Shown in pieces: positions 46,821 through 54,325 of a DNA stretch of 64,000 bases (the stretch's first letter is position 1; every line of letters starts with the position of its first letter). The position numbers were made by a program, and so were the translations under genes. The stretch lies in NCBI GenBank assembly GCA_963728915.1, contig CAVSLV010000003.1, forward strand, positions 128,001-192,000. Direction: 5' to 3'. The notes under the pieces were generated by a model. The model saw only the letters and a program-made list of their open reading frames with translations. It was not told the origin of the DNA and made no database searches. The stretch comes from an uncultured Gemmatimonadales bacterium. GTDB taxonomy: Bacteria > Gemmatimonadota > Gemmatimonadetes > Gemmatimonadales > GWC2-71-9.

Positions 46821-49129
46821 GCGGCGGGCGCGAGTTCCTCCTCACCGGCGTCACCGGCTTTCTGGGCAAGGTCGTCCTGGAGGAGCTGGTCCGCCGCCGC
46901 GAGGAGCTCGGAGTCGAGCGCATTCACGTCATCATCAGGCCTCGCAAGGGACTGGCCCCGGAACAACGGTTCGAACGTGAAGTCACCGCGTCGGGATGCT
47001 TCGCCAAGCTGGCGCCCGACTGGACCGATGCGGTGTCCGTCGTCGAAGGAACCCTGGAAAAAACCTGCCTGGGCATTTCCCCCGAAGCGCGGGAGCATCT
47101 GGGCAGCCGGATCACCCACATCCTCCACGCGGCCGCCTCGGTGAGCTTCGACCTGCCGCTCAGCGAGGCGGCCCGCTCCAACGTCGACACCACGGTCCAT
47201 CTCCTCGAGCTGGCCCGCGCCTGTCGACGCCTGGAAAGGCTGGTGTACGTCTCGACGGCCTACGTCACGCCCCATCCCGGGAACGGCGAGCCTATCCTCG
47301 AGGCGCTGGCACCCCTCCCCTGGGAGCCCGAGGAGGTGTATCGCAGGATCCAATCGGGGAACGCCGACGAGAAGACCCTGCTCAGGGAATCCCGTCACCC
47401 GAATACCTACACCCTGACCAAATGCCTGGCGGAGCACCTGCTCAGCGCCCGCCATGGGAGCGTGCCGCTCTCGATCGTCCGGCCCAGCATCATCTCGGCG
47501 AGCTGGAAGCACCCCTTCCCCGGATGGATCGATAGCATGGCCGGGTTCGGTGGCTTCGTCGTGCTGATCGGGTTAGGTCACCTGCGGGTCGTGGCGGCCG
47601 CCCCGTCCACCCGGATCGACCTGGTCCCGGTGGATGTGGTGGCCAACCGGATGCTCGACGAGTGCGAGCGTCCTGCGACCGGGACCGTGCCGGTCATTCG
47701 CCACGCCGTGTCGGGCCTGGCCCACAGCCCCCGGGTGCTCGACTGCTGGGACCGGATCCGGGAATTCTTCCTGGTCCACCGGGTGGATCGACGCCCCACC
47801 ATCCGGTACGTGGGGCCCCGAGGAGTCCGCTTCACCATTGCGGACAGCCTCCATCACCGGATGGCGGTCAAGGTCGCCGGCATCCGTTCTCCGGCCTTGC
47901 GCCGCTCCGGGGCCCAGCTGCTCTCCCGCCTCACCTATCTCAACGAAGCCTTCCCGTACTTCACCTCGAACGCGTTCGACTTCCGGAGCGCTCGTCCCCC
48001 GGAGGCCGGGTTCGAACCGGTGGAGTATGTCACCACGGTCTGCCGGGGGATCTACCGCCACGTCCTGGATCGGGACGAGACCGAGTGGACCCTGGCGGGC
48101 GGTCGGCATCGCGGGTTAGGAGAGAGCGATTTCCACTGGGCGTTTACCCAGCCCGCCGGCAATCTCTGGATCCGCTCCGCCGCCTGGGTGATGACCAAGG
48201 TGCTGCGCCGGATCGCCGACCGGATCACCGTGGATATTCCTTCGTTCGAGGCCGCCCGGCGCGCCACCGCCGCCGGGGAACCCATCGCCCTGGTGCCCAA
48301 CCACCGGAGCTATCTCGATTTCGTCCTCTGCTCCTACTTGTGCTTTGCCCGGCCCGACCTGCGGATCGGGATCCCCTATATCGCTGCGGCGATCGAGTTC
48401 GGACGGATTCCTCTGCTCGGCAGAATCCTGACCTGGCTCCATGCCTTCTACGTGAAGCGCGGCGCCGGCCCCGATCCCGAGGTGACCCGGCGGGTGCACA
48501 CCCTGGTGGATCAGGGCAAGACGCTCGAGTTCTTCGTCGAGGGTCAGCGCAGCCGGTCCCGGGAATTCCTGCCACCCAAACGGGGCCTGTTGCGGGTGCT
48601 GCAAGCCACCGGGAAGACCTTTACGCTGCTTCCGGTGGCGTTCACCTATGACCGGGTGCCCGAGGAGAGAAGCTTCGCGAAGGAGCTGGGCGGCGCCCCC
48701 AAGCCGAAGATGCGCCTCACCGGACTCCTCGGCTGGGCAGTCCGCGCCTGGCGCGGCAAGGTGCGCCTGGGCCGGATCCACATCGCGTGCGGCCCACCGG
48801 TCCGGCTGCTTCCCGACAGCGACGTGCAGCGAGTCGCCGATGAGGTCATCCAGAGGCTCGAGGAAGCCACCGTTGCCACCACCTACCACCTGGAGGCGTT
48901 TCTGGCCCGGTACTCGCTCGACGGTCTCGACCATCAGGCCCTCCGCCGCGAGATCGAAGTCCGGGGGGGACGCGTGCTGGAGAGTCCGCTCCGCCCGGAG
49001 ACCGGGCTCGATCCCCGGATCGCCCACACCTTCCGATACCAGTTCCAGCACCATTTCCGCACCGGGGACGACGAAGTCCCCTTCGACCGGATCCTTTCCG
49101 ACATTCGCGAGCGCGAGCCGGTCGGGTGA
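46817..49129 (+). CDS. Fatty acyl-CoA reductase (male-sterility type) fused to a DHAP/glycerol-3-phosphate acyltransferase (FARAT architecture)
   Basis: FAR part: TGVTGFLGKV, HAAASVSF, YVSTAY, PNTYTLTK, RPSII...PFPGWID and YFTSN. Acyltransferase part: PNHRSYLD, AFYVKR, FFVEGQRSR and LPV..TYD. Confidence 0.88.
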   Translation: MSGGREFLLTGVTGFLGKVVLEELVRRREELGVERIHVIIRPRKGLAPEQRFEREVTASGCFAKLAPDWTDAVSVVEGTLEKTCLGISPEAREHLGSRITHILHAAASVSFDLPLSEAARSNVDTTVHLLELARACRRLERLVYVSTAYVTPHPGNGEPILEALAPLPWEPEEVYRRIQSGNADEKTLLRESRHPNTYTLTKCLAEHLLSARHGSVPLSIVRPSIISASWKHPFPGWIDSMAGFGGFVVLIGLGHLRVVAAAPSTRIDLVPVDVVANRMLDECERPATGTVPVIRHAVSGLAHSPRVLDCWDRIREFFLVHRVDRRPTIRYVGPRGVRFTIADSLHHRMAVKVAGIRSPALRRSGAQLLSRLTYLNEAFPYFTSNAFDFRSARPPEAGFEPVEYVTTVCRGIYRHVLDRDETEWTLAGGRHRGLGESDFHWAFTQPAGNLWIRSAAWVMTKVLRRIADRITVDIPSFEAARRATAAGEPIALVPNHRSYLDFVLCSYLCFARPDLRIGIPYIAAAIEFGRIPLLGRILTWLHAFYVKRGAGPDPEVTRRVHTLVDQGKTLEFFVEGQRSRSREFLPPKRGLLRVLQATGKTFTLLPVAFTYDRVPEERSFAKELGGAPKPKMRLTGLLGWAVRAWRGKVRLGRIHIACGPPVRLLPDSDVQRVADEVIQRLEEATVATTYHLEAFLARYSLDGLDHQALRREIEVRGGRVLESPLRPETGLDPRIAHTFRYQFQHHFRTGDDEVPFDRILSDIREREPVG

Positions 49130-50136
49130 GCGCGGCGCCAGCCTGGCTGGTGACCGGCGCCACCGGCTTTCTCGGCCGTCATGTCCTGAGCCGGCTCGCC
49201 GGGGAGGCGGACCCGCCCAGAGTGCTCGCCCTGCTCCGAGATCCCGCGGAGTGGGGCCGGCTCGGGTGGACTCGCCCGCTGGCCGCGGTGGAGCCGGTCG
49301 AGGGCGACATCACCGACGCCGGGCTGGCCGCGCGATTCGATCCGGCGCGCCTCAGCCTGGCCGGCGTTCTGCACTTCGCGGCCCTGGTCAGTAACCATCG
49401 CGAGTTGGCGGCCGAGGTCGTGCGGGTCAACGTCGAGGGAACGCTCAACGTGGCGGGGATCGCGGCGGCGCATCGCTGCCGGATGATCTTCGTCTCGACC
49501 TCCGGGACAGTGGGATGTTTCCGGGAGCCGGAAGGCTCGGCCGACGAAGAGGCGCCCTACTGCGAGGAGGAAGTCCGGGCCTGGCCCTACTACCGATCGA
49601 AGATTCTCGCGGAACGGAAAGCCCGCGCGCTGGCCGCCGAGCGGGACGTCGAGCTGGTCATCGTGCGACCGCCGATCCTGCTCGGCCCCGACGACCACCG
49701 CCATCGTTCGACCAACCACGTGCGCAGGCTTCTGGAGGGCAAGGTGCCGGTGGTGGTGCGCGGAGGGATGCACTTCGCGGACGTGCGGGACGTCGCGCTG
49801 GCCCTCGTCCGGATCATGCGGCGTCCGACGGTCCGGCCGGTGTATCATCTTCCCGGAATTCAGTGCTCCATCGAAGCCTTCTACGGCGACATCGCGCGGA
49901 TCTCCGGGGCGAAGCCCCCTCGACGGGTCGTTCCCTATCGCCTCGCCTGGACTGCGGCGAAGGTGTCGAGCCTCCTGGGGCTCTCACGCCTTCCCGAACC
50001 GAGCCTGGTGGAAATGGCCGCGCACTACTGGGGCATTCACTCGAAGTACGCCGAAGCGGAGCTGGGGTATCATACCCGCGCCGGCGAGCTGACCCTGCGG
50101 GACACGATCGACTGGCTTCGGCGGGAGGCGCCATGA
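49126..50136 (+). CDS. Extended SDR / NAD-dependent epimerase-dehydratase family reductase
   Basis: LVTGATGFLG, VSTSG, YYRSK (YxxxK), LGPDD and DVRDVA. Confidence 0.85.
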   Translation: MSAAPAWLVTGATGFLGRHVLSRLAGEADPPRVLALLRDPAEWGRLGWTRPLAAVEPVEGDITDAGLAARFDPARLSLAGVLHFAALVSNHRELAAEVVRVNVEGTLNVAGIAAAHRCRMIFVSTSGTVGCFREPEGSADEEAPYCEEEVRAWPYYRSKILAERKARALAAERDVELVIVRPPILLGPDDHRHRSTNHVRRLLEGKVPVVVRGGMHFADVRDVALALVRIMRRPTVRPVYHLPGIQCSIEAFYGDIARISGAKPPRRVVPYRLAWTAAKVSSLLGLSRLPEPSLVEMAAHYWGIHSKYAEAELGYHTRAGELTLRDTIDWLRREAP

Positions 50137-51092
50137 CCGCATCACGACGCACACTGGTGACGCTGCTGATGGTTCTGCCGGCGGCGCCGCTGGTCGCCCA
50201 GAGTCTCCCGACCTACTCGCCGCTCAACCCGATGGCGCAGATGCGGTCAGGCCTGACCACCCTGCCCTGGTTCGGGGATGGGAGAACCTGGCACGCGTCC
50301 GCCACGCTCGACTACGGCAACGCGATCGAATACACCACCGGACAGGACCTGACCTATATCCTCGACGCCGAGCTGCTGAACGCACGGTTGCTGGTGTCCC
50401 GGAGCGTCGGGCGCCGCGGATTCGTGCTCGGCGAGGCGAGCCTGCACGGCTCCTACGACGGGTTCCTGGACGGGTTTCTCGACTGGTATCACGACCTGAC
50501 CGGACTGCACGTGGCGGCCCGATCGCTCAGGCCCCGCAACGAATTCGACTACGAGCTGGAGCTCGGCGAAAACCAGTTCCACTACCAGACCGCGAGTTAC
50601 CTGGGAGACATCCGGCTGGGCGGCGGACTCCAGTTCGGGAAGGGATGGCAGAGCGGGTTATGGGTGACGCTGCCGACCAGCGGCGCGTCGAACGGGTACC
50701 GGATGGGAACCGTATCGGTGAATGGGAGCCTGATGCTGCACCGGGACTTCGGCGCCACCGGAAGGTTCACCTACGAGGGCAGCATCGGCCTGGGGGTGAC
50801 GCCGCGCCATGGCGACCTCGAGCCCTGGCAGCGCACCGTGTTCCTCATGGTGACGCAGGGAGCCCGGGCCAGGCTGGTCGGGCCGCTCCATGTCTTCGGT
50901 AACCTGTTCTACGATACGCCCTACTATCGGAACACCATGACCCCGGAGCTCGACCGGAAGGAGCTTACCCTCGACACCGGATTGCTGTTTCGGTTCCGGC
51001 ACGGACCGGCCTGGCTTCTGAGCATGACCCAGGACCTCTCCCCCTCCGGTCCGGCGATCGATGTGGCATTCAGGCTGGGGGTGTACTGGTAG
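50133..51092 (+). CDS. Predicted outer-membrane beta-barrel protein (DUF3187-like)
   Basis: Signal peptide; GFLDGFLDWYHDLTG, alternating beta-strands and terminal GVYW; ATGA coupling. Confidence 0.65.
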   Translation: MTASRRTLVTLLMVLPAAPLVAQSLPTYSPLNPMAQMRSGLTTLPWFGDGRTWHASATLDYGNAIEYTTGQDLTYILDAELLNARLLVSRSVGRRGFVLGEASLHGSYDGFLDGFLDWYHDLTGLHVAARSLRPRNEFDYELELGENQFHYQTASYLGDIRLGGGLQFGKGWQSGLWVTLPTSGASNGYRMGTVSVNGSLMLHRDFGATGRFTYEGSIGLGVTPRHGDLEPWQRTVFLMVTQGARARLVGPLHVFGNLFYDTPYYRNTMTPELDRKELTLDTGLLFRFRHGPAWLLSMTQDLSPSGPAIDVAFRLGVYW

Positions 51093-51312
51093 CCAGGAAC
51101 TGCTCCATGTGCTGAAGCAGAAACTGGCGGGCGTCCGCCTCTCGAAGATTCAGTCCGTAGTGATTGATGAGCTGTTGCTGGAACTTGAGCCACTCGGCCC
51201 AGCAGGGCGCGCAGATCTCCTTGAACAGCCGCTGACCAATCGGGGTGGGGAACGGCGGAAAGGGCTGCTGGTCCCGGGTTTGGCCGCAGCGCACACAGGT
51301 GATGTCGGGCAT
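51070..51312 (-). CDS. yggX: Fe(II)-trafficking / oxidative damage protection protein
   Basis: C..CG....PP.P..IGQR....IC..CW.EW...Q..LINHYGLNL....AR.FL. Confidence 0.85.
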   Translation of the reverse strand: MPDITCVRCGQTRDQQPFPPFPTPIGQRLFKEICAPCWAEWLKFQQQLINHYGLNLREADARQFLLQHMEQFLATSTPPA

Positions 51313-51320
51313 TCCGGAAA

Positions 51321-51671
51321 TTACTCGGGTCCCGACCTCTCCTGACGTTCGACCGGTTCGCGCTGAGCTTCGGCCCGTTGCGACAGCATCCGCTCCGCGA
51401 AATCGAGCCGCTCCTGGGTCTCGATCAGCTCCTGGCGGAGCCCGTCCACCTGCGCTTCGATCGAGTCAAGGTGAGCCGGGAGCTCACCGGTTGCCGTGAA
51501 CCTCGGCCGGCTTCGAATCCGCACCGCCCAGAGTCCGAACCCCACCGCCAGGAGGAGATGGATGGTCGGATGAAGCCCCCCTTCCGACCTGGCATACACT
51601 CCGGCCGCAAAGAGGTTGAGTGCGCTGAGCACCACTGCGACCGGGAACCACCCCCGCGACGTGAAGGCCAT
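51321..51671 (-). CDS. Small membrane protein with coiled-coil tail
   Basis: Two TM helices; ELIETQERLDFAERML coiled-coil. Confidence 0.7.
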   Translation of the reverse strand: MAFTSRGWFPVAVVLSALNLFAAGVYARSEGGLHPTIHLLLAVGFGLWAVRIRSRPRFTATGELPAHLDSIEAQVDGLRQELIETQERLDFAERMLSQRAEAQREPVERQERSGPE

Positions 51672-51680
51672 CGCCCAAGC

Positions 51681-51959
51681 TTACGCCTCACGCCGTAACG
51701 CGGCCACCCCGCTCCGGGCTCCGAGCCCGGCCCCTAATCCGAACACCGCCACCGTGGTTCCGCTGATCAGGGGAAGCAGGGTGAACGGAGCAGCGACCAG
51801 GAGACCGGCTCCACCGACGAGCCAGGGCACCAGGGAAGACCGCGCCGAGTCCACGAACCGAAGCCGGCGCCGAATGAATCCACGGGCAAATCCGAAAGCG
51901 AGAACACCACTGGTTACGGCAATCGCGATGGCGACAATGTTCCAGAGGGTACTGAACAC
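51681..51959 (-). CDS. Small hypothetical membrane protein
   Basis: Hydrophobic segments; AAGGAG SD before the GTG start. Confidence 0.7.
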   Translation of the reverse strand: MFSTLWNIVAIAIAVTSGVLAFGFARGFIRRRLRFVDSARSSLVPWLVGGAGLLVAAPFTLLPLISGTTVAVFGLGAGLGARSGVAALRREA

Positions 51960-51988
51960 GGGGCCTGCTCCTTGAAGTGATAAGTTTC

Positions 51989-52016
51989 AATACGAAACAC
52001 CCAGGGCGGGGTTTCA
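51989..52016 (-). promoter_or_regulatory. SigW-type ECF promoter
   Basis: Minus strand reads TGAAAC-N16-CGTATT. Confidence 0.7.
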
Positions 52017-52061
52017 GCCCGGCCCTGCCAGCCAGAGTGTACCCGGCCGGCTAGCCGATTC

Positions 52062-53057
52062 CTACCATCGAAGCGCGCAGCTACCCCAGACGAATCCCGA
52101 GCCGAACGCCGTCAGGGCCACCAGATCCCCGGCCTTGAGGCGGCCGGCCCGGGCGCACTCATCGATGGCGATCGGGATCGTCGCGGCAGTGGTGTTTCCG
52201 TAGCGTTGAATGTTGTTGTAGACCTGGTCATCCCGGAGGCCCAGCTCCTTCTGCACCGCCTCCGAAATACGCAGGTTGGCCTGGTGCGGAATGAGGAGCG
52301 CGAGGTCGCCCGGCGAGAGCGAGGCGCGGCTCAGGACGGCCCGCACCGATTCGGGCATCCGCACCACCGCGTGACGGAAGACCTCCCGACCGTCCATCCG
52401 AAGCCAGTACTTCCCTTCGGCCTCTTCCTTGGCCCACTGGTCGGGAGGCACCAGCGCCCCGGGCCCTTCGACCCACAGCTTCTCGGCGTATTGTCCGTCG
52501 CTGTGAAGATCAAACCCGATGATCCCGCGACCGGGGGATTCGGTGGCGCCGAGCACCAGCGCCCCGGCTCCATCGGCGAAGATCACGGCGGTTTGGCGGC
52601 CCTCGGTGGAGAGATCCATGCGAGTAGACTGGATTTCCTGGCCCACCACGAGGATTCGCCGGAACATCCCGGTTCGGAGGTAGGCGTCGGCGAGGGACAG
52701 GGCAAATACGAACCCGGCGCATTGCATCCGGAGATCGATCGCCGGGATGGAAGTGGAGATGCCAAGCTCGCGCTGGAGGTACACCCCGTTCCCCGGAGTG
52801 AAGCGGTCCGGCGTGCTGGTCGCGTAGACGATCGCGTCGAGGTCGGATGGCTTCATGGAGGCGGCGCTGAGGGCTTCCTGGGCGGCCAGCTTGCCGAGGC
52901 CGATCCCGGTTTCCCCCGGGGTGATCCAGTGCCGTTCCTGGATTCCGGTTCTGGTCCGGATCCATTCGTCTGAGGTATCCATGAGCCAGGAGAGGTCGTC
53001 GTTGGTGACGACCCGGCCGGGGAGCGCCTTGCCGGTGCCGAGGACGAGGGAATGCAT
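52062..53057 (-). CDS. fabH: 3-oxoacyl-ACP synthase III
   Basis: DTSDEWIRTRTGI, QCAGF, FADGAGA, PHQANLRI, YGNT and AFGSG. Confidence 0.92.
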   Translation of the reverse strand: MHSLVLGTGKALPGRVVTNDDLSWLMDTSDEWIRTRTGIQERHWITPGETGIGLGKLAAQEALSAASMKPSDLDAIVYATSTPDRFTPGNGVYLQRELGISTSIPAIDLRMQCAGFVFALSLADAYLRTGMFRRILVVGQEIQSTRMDLSTEGRQTAVIFADGAGALVLGATESPGRGIIGFDLHSDGQYAEKLWVEGPGALVPPDQWAKEEAEGKYWLRMDGREVFRHAVVRMPESVRAVLSRASLSPGDLALLIPHQANLRISEAVQKELGLRDDQVYNNIQRYGNTTAATIPIAIDECARAGRLKAGDLVALTAFGSGFVWGSCALRW

Positions 53058-53066
53058 TCGCTCTGG

Positions 53067-53100
53067 CCCCTAACCCCTGGCCCCTGGCACCTACTTCCTA
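53067..53100. repeat. Heptamer tandem repeat CCCCT(AA/GG)
   Basis: cccctaa cccctgg cccctgg cacctac ttccta in the permease-fabH gap. Confidence 0.65.
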
Positions 53101-54312
53101 TTCATATCGCAGCGCGTCGATCGTGTTGAGGCTCGCCGCCCGCCAGGCGGGCCACAGCCCGAAGAACAGGCCTACCAGCGCGCTGAACGCGAACGCCAGT
53201 CCCACCGATTCCGGGGAGATGTAGGTATTCCACTTGGCGAAGTGCGACATCAGCATGGCCCCGCCGGTGCCGGCCAGCACGCCCAGCATGCCCCCGAAGA
53301 GACAGAGCACCAGCGCCTCGATCAGGAACTGGAGCAGCACGTTGGTCTTGGTCGCGCCGAGGGCTTTCCGGATCCCGATTTCCCGGGTCCGCTCGGTGAC
53401 CGAGACCAGCATGATGTTCATGATTCCGATCCCGCCCACGATCAGCGAGACGAACGCGATGCCTCCCAGGAGCAGCTTGAAGGTCTGGGTGGTTTCCTGC
53501 TGGGTGGCCAGAATGTCCTGCTGATTGCGGATCTGGAAGTCGTTGTCGCCGCCGGGCCGGATCTTGTGCTCCCGGCGCAGCACCCGCTCGATGTCCACCA
53601 TCCCCTGCTCGAGGCTGTACTGGTCCTTGACCACCACGGCCACCGAGCGCAGCCGGTCGGTTCCGAACATCCGGTACTGGGCCGTCTTGAGCGGAATCAG
53701 GATCTGCTCGTCCAGATTCTGGAAGCCCCCCTGCGATCCCTTCTCGCTGAGAATGCCGATCACCTCGAAGGGCTGTCCCCGGATCTGGATCATCTGGTGG
53801 ATCATCGCCGCGGGGTTCACATTGAACATCGTGGGCACCGCGGCGCCGAGCACCGCGTACCGTTGCCGGGAGGCGTCGTCGCCGGGGGTGAACATCCTGC
53901 CGAGCGGCATGGTGTAATTCCGCACCTCGGTGTAGTTCGCCGTGGTGCCGATGATGTTGATGTTGAAGTTCCGGTTCCCGTACTTGACCTGGAGCGAGCG
54001 CTGGAGCTCCGGCTCGACCGCCGCGAGCATCGTCGCGTCGCTGGTCAGCGCTTCGGCGTCCTTGACGGTGAGGCTCACCCGGACATCGCTGGCCCGACCC
54101 ATCATGAAGGACTGGCCCGGGTTGATCGTGAGCAGCCGCGCCCCCAGCGCCTGGATCCGTGCTTCCACCGCGCGCTGAGCCCCGGTGCCGAGGGCGACCA
54201 CCGCGATCACCGCCCCCACCCCGATGATGATGCCGAGCATGGTGAGCAGGGCGCGCAGCTTGTGTTCCCGGATGCTGGTAATAGCCACCCGGATGGTTTC
54301 ACCGATCATCAT
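53098..54312 (-). CDS. macB: MacB/FtsX-family ABC transporter permease
   Basis: LTMLGIIIGV, SLIVGGIGIMNIMLVSVTERTREIGIRKALGA and DALRYE. Confidence 0.9.
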   Translation of the reverse strand: MMIGETIRVAITSIREHKLRALLTMLGIIIGVGAVIAVVALGTGAQRAVEARIQALGARLLTINPGQSFMMGRASDVRVSLTVKDAEALTSDATMLAAVEPELQRSLQVKYGNRNFNINIIGTTANYTEVRNYTMPLGRMFTPGDDASRQRYAVLGAAVPTMFNVNPAAMIHQMIQIRGQPFEVIGILSEKGSQGGFQNLDEQILIPLKTAQYRMFGTDRLRSVAVVVKDQYSLEQGMVDIERVLRREHKIRPGGDNDFQIRNQQDILATQQETTQTFKLLLGGIAFVSLIVGGIGIMNIMLVSVTERTREIGIRKALGATKTNVLLQFLIEALVLCLFGGMLGVLAGTGGAMLMSHFAKWNTYISPESVGLAFAFSALVGLFFGLWPAWRAASLNTIDALRYE

Positions 54313-54325
54313 GGCGCGGTCATCC

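Noticed and set aside
44958..49129. AGPS/FARAT as eukaryotic contig contamination
   Set aside because: No introns, bacterial stop/start overlaps, and GC and codon style like the flanks; the FAR fusion also carries two copies of the CGGGTTAGG motif seen across the window.
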